Source: Phoronis australis | Lineage: Eukaryota > Animalia > Phoronida | DNA length: 64,000 bases | Assembly: GCA_002633005.1 (NCBI GenBank) | Contig: NMRA01000416.1 | Coordinates: forward strand, 10,541 to 74,540 | Reading direction: 5' to 3' | Part shown: one piece after another, positions 22,601 to 34,600 of the stretch | Position numbering within the stretch: position 1 is the stretch's first letter | How the letters are laid out: each line of letters starts with the position of its first letter | Position numbers and translations under genes: made by a program | Notes under the pieces: model-generated | Told to the model about the DNA's origin: nothing | The model's database searches: none | The model's input: the letters and a program-made list of their open reading frames with translations, nothing else

Positions 22601-25600
22601 CAGCTAATCGAATTTCACTGAAACTTTCCAATTTTAATATTTAGTCATCAATATCAAAATAACAGGATTTTCCTTTTAAATGCCTAGTTTTGGTGAATGG
22701 TAAGATAGGCAAATACAAGTGCTATTTTTACAAAAATACCTTATGTTTAGCCAGTTAACTTGGCATTCAAAAATTGTCAATTAAGTTAAATGAGCAATCA
22801 AAAATTCCTAAAGGGTTATTAGGCAAATTGTGAAGGTTCCATTTAAAAAGAGTTTCTTTAAAATCGACCAAGGGGTTATTTTGCTATGAATGTACCTTTT
22901 ATAAAATCGAAATTTTGACTTAAAAAGGTGGTAATACAATGATAATAATGGCACATAGATATAAACATATTTTTATAATCTCTGATCCTAGTTGTTTCAG
23001 AAAATATATCAGAACTTTTACTAGTTCACATAACCGGCTTTTTTGATGAGTTAGAATGGAGGTCACTTTATAAGGTTTGAGATAACCTTAAGCTATGCAA
23101 TCTAAAAATTGAAAAAATATACAAAAGACTGCCTGTTAACTATTGACAGAATCTAGTTGCACATGCAGCAAAGGTAGATTAATGTCCTTCTAATTTACTG
23201 AACCCTACGGCCATAACTCTCATTAGAGTAGACGAATGAAGTCATGTTTGTCATCACAAATACAGAAATATCCCAATCTTACGAACTAAAAAACAAATCA
23301 CTGTCCTCTTGTCAGGCTAAAAAAGCAAAGCTGATTCTGGCCGCCGATTTATTGAAAAGTGAGTTAGTGATGCAGTATCTTTTGATTTCCTGACATTTTC
23401 AAAAAAGAACCTGCACCCAAGACGAGCAAAAATTAAGTTGGCGAATCGTGGCTTTTCAAACCTTGTGTACCCTTGCTTACTTACCTTTGTGCAACTTTTA
23501 AAAACCTTGAAAGCTTGGGTAAAACTGATGCGAGTGATTCTTTTTCAGTGGGAGACCACAGGTCTCAAAATGAGTCTGGGTACAGACTAGATCCAACTAT
23601 GTTTTTGGCCTTACCATTTAACTACCTAACCACTTGATTAATCCTTCAAACTATTAGCCCAGGTAATAACATTCTTAAGCCAGTAAATAATCTATTCTTA
23701 ATCCCACAATCGAGTACTTAATATATTGACAACTTCATTTCAACTTGCTTTTAATCTGTCAGAAAAAATTATGCAAAAATTACTTCGATTTAACACTTAA
23801 ATTGGGTATGCATACAAAACTTTAGCTTTAATCGACAACTTCTCATCATCTCTGACATAATGTCAGTTCCTTATGATATGTCAATTTCAACATTACAACT
23901 CTTTCAATTCATAATTCCGAAAACACGGAAGGCAACATTGTTCCTCATTATTCAGTCCAGGCCAGTGACACCTGCTAATCCTCTGTGACAGCTCCATTTA
24001 CAGTGTCACTATGAGAAAATACACAGATTTCTAATCCAACCGTGAAATTCTCACTGCATCCAGGGGTGTGCCTATAGGGACAAAAATTCAAAAGAACTGG
24101 AGATAATCCTTAATCTCATGTTTATCAATCATGATTTGACCTGAATGTGTCAACAGGTTTCAATGAGCTTATGACAACCAACATGTCACAACTGAAGGTT
24201 GGGTCTATATAAACTGAAGCTGCCGGCTTTGTCAAACCAATTGACCACTGACAGAGCAAGAGAGTAAATCATGAAGGTTTCCAACAAGAAACACTGCAGG
24301 CAGAACAGAAATATCAACAAGAGTTACGGTCGACTTAAAGCGCTCAACATACACTTGCGAGATGTCAGGGTGCGATATCGTGACGCACACAAAGTGGGTA
24401 ATGTGCTTCGCCAAGTGCAGCTGATTGCCCATGCCAGCAAGGTGGAACAAGAGCGTGACCGCATGGCCACTGAAGTGAATGAAGTTCAAGGTCATGGCAT
24501 ATCGTGGGATGAGACATGATGGTAAAGAAACACACTGGTGTACCACCGTGATTAAACAAACAGTCCTTTTAAGGACTACCTACACCTTCCAAAGAGAACT
24601 GTTCACTAAATGATTTGGTTTCATCTGGCAAATATCATTTTTTACTTCATGTTCAAAATAAATATTGCTGCAGTTTTTGCACATAACTGCTACCTTTTCA
24701 CATACCTTTCTTAAGCTACTTTTAACACAGAGATGAACTACTCGTCAGCAATTTTGTTTCTTCCATGATTCAGTTATTATGTATCGAGTGAAATGAAGAT
24801 CTCATGCTCAATGTGCATTTTAAGTACCAACTTGATTTCTTTTGTCTATTTCAGAGTTGATTGGTTGATTTCTCTCCCTGGCACCTCGTTTGTATCAAAA
24901 TGAAATGTTGACTGACTTACTACTTATTCCTCCTTTGACCAAGTTCGATTCGAGGACAAGAAAGGCACTTAAAAATTAAAATGTTTTAGTGATAATTAAG
25001 TTTATTACACACTGCAAATTCAGTAGACATTACAAGTGAAAGTTGAAATACCTAACAGGTTTATGGTATGTTTTCACCAAGCTGTAATGACTGCCGGTTT
25101 TTCTTGGCTTCCGCAAATTGACCTAATTTGAAACTACGAACACGAATTCTGAAAACAGCTAATCGAATTTCACTGAAACTTTCCAATTTTAATATTTATT
25201 CATCAGTATCAAAATAACAGGACTTTCCTTTTAAATGCCTAGTTTTGGTGAATGGTAGGATAGGCAAATACAAAGTGCTATTTTTACAAAAATACCTTAT
25301 ATTTAGGAAGTTAATTTGACATTCAAAAATTGTCAATTAAATTAAATGAGCAATCAAAAATTCCTAAAGGGTTATTAGGCAAATTGTGAAGGTTTCATTT
25401 GAAAAGAGTTTCTTTAAAATCAACCAAGGGGTTATTTTGCTATGAATGTACCTTTCTTTAAATCGAAATTTTGACTTAAAAAGGTGGAAATATAATGATA
25501 ATAATGGCACATAGATATAAACATATTTTTATAATCTCTGATCCTAGTTGTTTCAGAAAATATATCAGAACTTTTACTAGTTCACATAACCGGCTTTTTT

Positions 25601-28600
25601 GATGAGTTAGAATGGAGGTCACTTTATAAGGTTTAAGATAACCTTAAGCTATGCAATCTAAAAATTTAAAAAATATACAAAAGACTGCCTGTTAACTATT
25701 GACAGAATCTAGTTGCACATGCAGGAAAGGTAGATTAATGTCCTTCTAATTTACTGAACCCTACGGCCATAACTCTCATTAGAGTAGACGAATGAAGTCA
25801 TGTTTGTCATCACAAATACAGAAATATCCCAATCTGACGAACTAAAAAACAAATCACTGTCCTCTTGTAAGGCCAAAAAAGCAAAGCTGATTCTGGCCGC
25901 CAATGTTTTGAAAAGTGAGTTATTGATGCCGTATCTTTTGATTTCCTGACATTTTCAAAAAAGAAACTGCACCCGAGACGAGCAAAAACTAAGTTGGCGA
26001 ATCGTGGCATTTCAAACCTTGTGTACCCTTGCTTACTTACCTTTGTACAACTTTTAAAAACCTTGAAAGCTTGGGTGAAACTGATGCGAGTGATTCTTTT
26101 TTCAGTGTGAGACCACAGGTCTCAAAATGAGTCTGGCTCCAGACTAGACCCAACTATGTTTTTGGCATTACCATTTAACTACATAACCACTTGATTAATC
26201 CTTCAAAATATTAGCCCAGGTAATAACATTCTTAAGCCAGTAAATAATCTATCCTTAATCCCACAATCGAGTAATTAATAAATTGACAACTTCGCTTCAA
26301 CTTGCTTTTAATTTGTCAGAAAAATTATCCAAAAATTACTTCTATTTAACACATAAATTGGGACATGCATACAAAAGTTTAGCTTTAATCGACAACTTCT
26401 CATCATCTTTGACATAATGTTAGTTCCTTATATGTCAATTTCAACATTACAACTCTTTCAATTCATAATTCCGAAAACACGGAAGGCAACATTGTTCCTC
26501 ATTATTCAGTCCAGGCCAGTGACACCTGCTAATCCTCTGTGACAGCTCCATCTAGAGTGTCACTATGACAAAATACACAGATTTCTAATCCAACAGTGAA
26601 AGTCTTACTGCATCCAGGGGTGTGCCTATAGGGACAAAAATTCAAAAGGACTGGAGATAATCCTTAATCTCATGTTTATCAATCATGATTTGACCTGAAT
26701 GTGTCAACAGGTTTCAATGAGCTTAGGACAACCAACGTGTCACAACTGACTGTTGGGTCTATATAAAGTGAAGCCACCAGCGTTGTCAGACCAATTGAAC
26801 ACTGACAGCGCAAGAGAGTAAATCATGAAGGTTTCCAACAAGAAACACTGCAGGCAGAACAGAAACATCAACAAGAGTTACGGTCGACTGAAAGCGCTCA
26901 ACATACACTTGCGGGATGTTATGGTGCGATATCGTGACGCACACAAAGTGGGTAATGTGCTTCGCCAGGTGCAGTTGATTGCCCATGCCAGCCAGGTGAA
27001 AGAAGAGCGTGACCGCATGGCCACTGAAGTGAATGAAGTTCAAGGTCATGGCATATCGTGGGATGAGACATGATGGTAAAGAAACACACTGGTGTACCAC
27101 CGTGATTAAACAAACAGTCCTTTTAAGGACTACCTACACCTTCCAAAGAGAACTGTTCACTAAATGATTTGGTTCCATGTGGCAAATATCATTTTGTACT
27201 TCATGTTCAAAACAGATATTCCTGCACTTTTTGCGCATTACTGCTACCTTTTCACATAGCTTTCTTAAGGTACTTTTAACACAGAGATGAACTACTCGTC
27301 AGCAATAATATTTGTTGACTCAATGATTAAGCTATCATGTGTCGAGTGAAATGAAGACCCTTCTTCTAAAAATTACACAATGATCCAGACAAAATTTTTG
27401 TGTATAAATTAAAACATAAGTTTTGTTTGATTTCACACTCTGCTTAGAGAATCAAACATCCCATCAACGTATACTTTCGTTTTTTACAAATATTTCTGTT
27501 TTTATTTTGTCTGATACATTATTAGTTTTTCCTTTATTGTTTGCACTTGTGAGAACGAAATAAATTAAAAAAAACTATAAATTCTTGTATTTCCAACCTA
27601 CAGGTCAAAGGCAATAAAACTCTAGCTTTCCTCATGCAGTTGGTAGTAAATATACCACAAAATTAGAATGTAACACTATGGTTAAATGGACATTCTTGGC
27701 AAGAAAAGTACTTTGAAAGTAGCAGCAACACAAAATCGAACTCTCAATCTCCGCAGTAGCAACCAAATACTCAACAACTGAGCCACATCCCACACATTAA
27801 ATAGCAGAGTAGTTTAAATGCTTTTATAGTAAAGACACCACCCTTGATTTCAGCGAATGTCTACATCCAGCTTTTATGTTATTTTGTAACATGCATCAAT
27901 TCGGAATTGTCAAGGTATGAGGTGTAACCGATTCACAGATGCAACATATAAGTCAAACTAAAGGAGAATGCCACCCGATTTAGTCTTTTTTACCGTCTTA
28001 ATTGGTCTATATCCACATTGCCTCTTACGGTGGACCTCACCTTGCCAAGAGGTGTCACGTTAACCTGTAAGGAAGGTAAGAAATGACGCAGCGATGTCAG
28101 TGGTTCATCTGCAGACTGAATGCCGCCATATTGTGGTGCGTCGTTCCCGCTTGTCCGAAATATGAAGCTGCGTTGAAAGTGGGTATATCGTGTTTTCGGC
28201 TTCCTCGAGAGCCCGAAGTGGCTCTTGTTAGTGAAGAATGAAAAGTACACTGTTAATAGCAAGTATGAGGCCGTGAAACATCTCCGTGTCTGTGGCCGGC
28301 ATTTCGTCGACAGTGATTTCTCTGATGAATTCCGGCTAACCAAAGAACTATCCATACATTCCGTTGCCTGTGCATGTTCACGGTGCCTCTATAGTATTTC
28401 TTGATCAGTGTATTCAGGTTCGAACTTATAGCCTAACGATCCTACCCGTAAAGTCTTCGCCAGATGAGCTCTCGACTAAGTCGGGATTGGCGCCGGGTGA
28501 GTTGCCATGTAGACGTTTATTATTCTGCGTTCTGTTTCAAAATGAATTATTCTCACCCTAACCAATGCTTATATAAAACTGAAACAAAGTCTGTCTCACT

Positions 28601-31600
28601 AGATACAATTTGTGCCTGGATTCAGATGCAATAAAGGTAATTGACCAGGCATCGGGGCTGTGTGAGCGCATGCTAATTCAGTGTTTGCTGAAAGAAATCT
28701 GTTGTGAAACAATAACTCGATGTTATATGCTATGGTCACATGTTAGGGGAATCCTTATTTAGATAATTATAAAAATACATTATTCAAATCATTGTTACTG
28801 AACAACCTTTGCCTTGACAGGTCTGTGGAAGGGAACCTGACTTCGCGCCCCCCAACAAGTAAGACGATTTTTAGTTTCATGGCTAATTCCCCTAAATAAT
28901 TACATGCACATTTTTTTGGCTCACTATTATAGGGTTTTCGTGACTGGAGATCTATGTTCATGATATCCAGTCCCGAAGACAGCGACACCGGGCCTGATCA
29001 GGTTCCGAGCCACTGGACGGGAGTAACAAGTGTTTTGTGTTTAGAACTGAAAATATCGCAAGTCTAAAAGTACAACACACAGTTATGTTCCGCCGTCTGT
29101 ATTTCACAGAAGAATGATTCGAATTTATCACCAAACAGACCCTAACTCCCGCAATTCGACTATGGTAAATTGGTCTACTGAACTCTGTAGGCTACGGTAC
29201 GTTCAAATACCTATAAATTCCTAAAAGTGAATTAAAACAACACATTTGTTCAAGAACTCGATATATTTGTTAGGGGTTTACATCGAATTTTGATGATTTA
29301 TTGGACGTGTAAAAACGATGAATTGAAGCGATAAGTTGAGCATGCTGTGAACGACTGAACACACTGCGTTTGAACCGATTACGTCACTTGTTAATTTCAA
29401 CACCTCCGTCTGCCGTTAGGTGTCAGGTAAAACAACTGAACTTGCTGTTATCGAGTGGAACTACTCGATCTAAATTCATATAAAATAGGTTGTTTTTTGG
29501 GTGGCATTCTCCTTAAGTTTATAGTAATCGAACAAAATACTTGTTGCGTTTCCCCAATCACGAACGTTAATAACAGCATAATTGAAAGGAAATAACTATT
29601 ATGGGGAGAAAATTATAATTACAAAGTGACTTAGCCACGTTACTAGCTTTCCTGTCAATTCCCCTTCATTCTTGGTCATGAGGAAAAACTCTTCTGACGA
29701 TGAATTTGTCTTCTGCCCAGTGGTCACGACGGGGCATTCCGGGTCATCTTGTCTGAATACCTTTGGAGTGTACTTAAGATGAACAGATACCAAAAACACC
29801 TACCATAGGACACTGCTCCTTCTAGGTAGAGCTCCTTCAATATACAGTGTGCCGTCAGGTTCCATTTCAACATAAAGTCCTGGCCAATACGACTGAAGCA
29901 GAATGTTGACTTGGATGCTACCTTAGATTGTAAACAGACCATTTTAATTTTAAACTATGTTTTGCATTTCTTTGAAAGTAAATCTGTTCAAAAACAACAA
30001 CAACAAAAAATAATTCAAGAAGCACAGTTTGATTCTGGTATGTTTTTTTGAAAATCGATCTGTTGGTGAGGAATTTTTTTGCTTCACATTAATTTGGTAA
30101 AAAAATCCGAGACCAGCAAAATTGATGCATGACTTGTTTGGCAAATGAGCCATTTCAAATGTTGCTGCTGACATGCCTTTGTGATGTTTTTCAAAAAAGA
30201 AACTGGATACCGGATACCTTGGCTGAAATTGATGCTGGTGGATGTATATTTAATCGGTGAGTGCAGGTCTCAAAATGAGTTGGGGTACACACCAGAACCA
30301 CCTTTTCTTTGTTTTTGACTCTTCAACTTAAGTTTCAAACTAGTCTAACACGATAGCACACAATTTCTGTTACCAAAATGTACATCAAAACTGTAAGCGA
30401 CTCAAGAAAACGCTTCAGAGTTTATTGAATTTGGCTGACACTTAAATTGCATATTATGAATACATTGTATCCGTGACTTAAATGACTCATTTGGCAATTT
30501 AGGATCTGATGAGTATAGTGAAACCTCAAAGCACTTTGATTAAGGATCCATCATGACAACTAAAGAGCAAAGATGTCCTGTTTAACTGTAAATTTTAAGG
30601 CCCAATTTTCAAATCTTTAGTTATCAGGGCTTGGAATGACCAATGACAAAAAACGCGGAAACTTTTACGGCCCAAAACATGCGCACTACCCAGACTTGAA
30701 ATAGTCGATGTGAACCTTTCGCCGACAAACATCGCTAGAACTAAAAAAAAAAAAACGTTACCACCATCAGTAGCATGCGTCTGCGTCTTTTTATCTCGTC
30801 CATCCACTCCTCCACTCCCATTCCCACACATTTTTGGCTGCAGAGCCGTAGTATTTGTCACCACGGTTTACAGTCACACGAGATGCCATTGAAAATCCCA
30901 CCACACTATCCCAGATGCCCCGGCAATGTTGACAATTTACGTTCCTCCGAAACATAAAGAGCAACTTCCGCTTTTCGAGGTGAACGTCGTCGGCAACGCC
31001 GCGGTAGGAAAGGAATTTGCCACGGAAATTTTATATCAAATCCGATTTTTTTACGCGGAAATATAATAAAATGCGCTGACAGAACATTTGAAAAAAGCGG
31101 AAATCCGCGTTTCCGCGGAAAATTCCAAGCCCTGAGTTATTGTGATAATAAATCACGAACTGCTTCATTGTTTTTGGAATATTCACATTACCTTTTTGAC
31201 AAAGCGGTCTACTAGACTTCTGATCCAGACAAAGTACTTCTCCATTGTCACAAGCTGTTCCAGCATATTTCCAAACTCCTGAAGGTCTAATACAACAGCA
31301 AACAGTCTATAATTATTGCACGTATTCAACATCAACTAAACAAAAGAGGTGGAAGGGATATTAATTATGTTACCAATCAACTGACCCATCTTTGAGGAGT
31401 GAAGTGAAGTGCAACAAAGAATATTTTGAGGGCAGTCTAAGCTGCTTTATGGCGATTATTAAAAAGGAATAAAATATTTAATATTACCATTATGATGGGA
31501 CACATAATTTTTGCAATGACAAATTTCACGTCTCTTGATTTCTTTTAAGAGAAAAATCAAATTCTGATTAACCTAGGTTAACACTTCTAGTTTTCTATGA

Positions 31601-34600
31601 TAATCTACTAACTATATCCAGAGTAGAGTTTGTATGCAATCATTTCAAATTTGTTCCTTTTGTTTGATGTTTCAAATCAACCAGTGGAGGCTTACACTTC
31701 ACAATTCTCTTGGAGTCCCTTGTTGCCTGCACACCCATTGTCCAGGTGCACTGTGACACAACGGCATTGAAGTCCAGTTTCAGCCAATCAACTCTCATTA
31801 GTATCACACTGTCGTAACAGTGAAGTATCGTTCGACTGAAGGTGACCTCGTGGTTTAGTTCAGCCTTTTTTTGCAAGATTCCGCAAAAGGATTTTACAAC
31901 TGAAATATTGACACGAAGACAAGATAATGCACCATAAGGTGTACCAAAAGACTCATGAATTGCATCCATTCAAAGAAAATACACTACAGATCAAACGTAT
32001 CCACTACACAAAATTGACCCTGAATTCCCAGTCACAACGGTTGGACACCAGCCGAAGTCATTGACATAGCAGCCCAAGTCATTGACATAGCAGCCTTTCA
32101 TCCTGATTGTGAATAAAAGGGGATTTACCAGAAATTTAGTGAAGTGGAAACTATATTCTAGTTGATAATTGGTGTAATGACAGTTCATGGTCAATCATTT
32201 TTAGCTGTGAATGGTATCAACCGTCATGACAGACAAACAGCATTTTGTCCGATTGCTTTTCGTAATGTACTGTAACTCTCCAACATCTTCATTAAGTTCA
32301 AGGGCTTGAATTTCTGGAATGTGAAATAAATTGTAAACCAACATGACACATTTGCTAAGTATTGGAAAATTAAGCCCATGAATAACAAGAACAATGCAAA
32401 TAGTATGATTCTAGGGGAGTTTATTTCTAGTATAAAAATGGGCATTATATATGGCACAGAAAACAGAAACATTTTTAGAGCAACGCGGAGCGTTGAAATG
32501 CGCCCACAATTGCACCGCATACGGTATCCTTCTAGGGTTGTTTATTGGTACCATAAATTGGCCAGTAGAGGGCATACTTTGCAAAATGGAAAGGCATGGT
32601 CATAGTCTCCTCAATAGGCTAGGGGCAAAATGTGAGTTATCTTCATAATACAAGCACATCCTATACACCATTTGCTTAAAGCACCACAGAAACATAGAAT
32701 TAAAAACAAATTTACCAACATACGAGATTAGCACAGCATTAGAATGCCAGAAACAAATTTCTACTTAGAACTTTTCCTTCACAGTCACGAAGTAACACAA
32801 AGTATACACCTGAAGACCTATGAAAATACAGAGGTCAATGTAAAATACTAAAATTGCCACTAGAGGCAAATACTAAAATTGCCACAAGAGGCATACCGGT
32901 AGTCAGAATCATCCTAAAGTCGTCATCGTCCGTTGTCAACATCACATAAATACACTTGCTAAATTTAGTAAAGATCCTGCAAACGGTTTGGGAGATACAG
33001 CCATGGGCGCAAAAAAACAAAACTGCCACTAGGAGGCGCCACAGTAGTCCAAATCGTCTGAAAATCATTGTCAGCTGTCTTCCTTATAGTAAGCACATAC
33101 ACGCCAATTTTCACAATCATCCTTTGAGCGGTTTGGTTGATAGAGGGGTGGACGCAAAAATACAGACTCGAAAACAGTAAAAATGGCCACTAGGTGGCGC
33201 AAACTACGTCGAATCCATCTGAAAACAGTAGGATAGCGTCATCTCACTAATAGGTGCCTACATACCAAATTTCATGAAAATCCGTTCAGGACTTTTGAAG
33301 ATACAAAGGTAAGCGTAAAAAACTAAAATTGCCACTAGGGGGCACACCGGTAGTCGGATCCGACCAAAAGTCGTCATCTTCCGTTGTTAACATCATATAA
33401 ATATACTTACACAATTTTTAAAGATCCTGCGAACAGTTTAGGAGATACAGCCATAGGCGCAAAAAAACAAAACTGCCACTAGGAGGCGCCACAGTAGTCG
33501 AAATCGTCGGAAAATCATCGTCAACCGTCCTCTACATAGTAAGCATATACATGCCAATTTTCACAATCATCCTTTGAGCGGTTTGGTTGATAGAGGGGTG
33601 GACGCACAAAAACAGACTCGAAAACACTAAAAATGGCCACTAGGTGGCGCAAACTATGTCGAATCCATCTGAAAACGGGAGGATAGCGTCATCTCACTAA
33701 TAGGTGCCTACATACCAAATTTCATGAAAATCCAATAAGGACTTGTGAAGATACAAAGGTAAGCGTAAAAAAATTAAAATTGCCACTAGGGGGCACACCG
33801 GTAGTCGGATCCGTCCAAAAGTCGTCATCTTCCGTTGTTAACATCATATAAATATACTTACACAATTTCGTAAAGATCCTGCGAACGGTTTAGGAGATAC
33901 AGCCATAGGCGCAAAAAAAAAAAAACTGCCACTAGGAGGCGCCACAGTAGTCGAAATCGTCGGAAAATCATCGTCAACCGTCCTCTACATAGTAAGCACA
34001 TACATGCCAATTTTCACAATCATCCTTTGAGCGGTTTGGTTGATAGAGGGGTGGAAGCACAAAAACAGACTCGAAAACAGTAAAAATGGCCACTAGGTGG
34101 CGCAAACTATGTCGAATCCATCCGAAAACGGCAGGATAGCGTCATCTCACTACTAGGTGCCTACATACCAAATTTCATGAAAATCCGTTCAGGACTTTTG
34201 AAGATACAAAGGTAAGCGTAAAAAACTAAAATTGCCACTAGGGGGCACACCGGTAGTCGGATCCGTCCGAAAGTTCGCACATGCCGTCCCATTCATGAAT
34301 GGAACATATGTGCCAAATTTCATGAACGTATGTCGAAGGGTTTTGGAGATAGAGCAGCGGACGCCGGACGGACGGACGGACAGAGATGACGGCATAATGC
34401 GTCCACATATAAATATGTGGGCGCATAAAAATGAAATAGCCACTAGGGGGCACAGCACTCGTCGGATCCATCTGAATTTCATCGTCATTCATAGTCAACT
34501 TCATATAAATACACTTGGCTGCTAAATGTAATAAAGATCCTGCTGAAGGATTGGGAGAAACAGCCATGGCCGCAAAAAAATCAAAACTGCCACTAGGAGG

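Larger units (their letters stand above)
19652..27357 (+). repeat. Three-unit tandem segmental duplication (~2.57-kb unit)
   Basis: Homologous unit starts 'ctcaa(g/t)gtgcattt' at 19652, 22222 and 24807. Similarity ends near 27357 after 'gtgaaatgaaga'. Confidence 0.95.
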
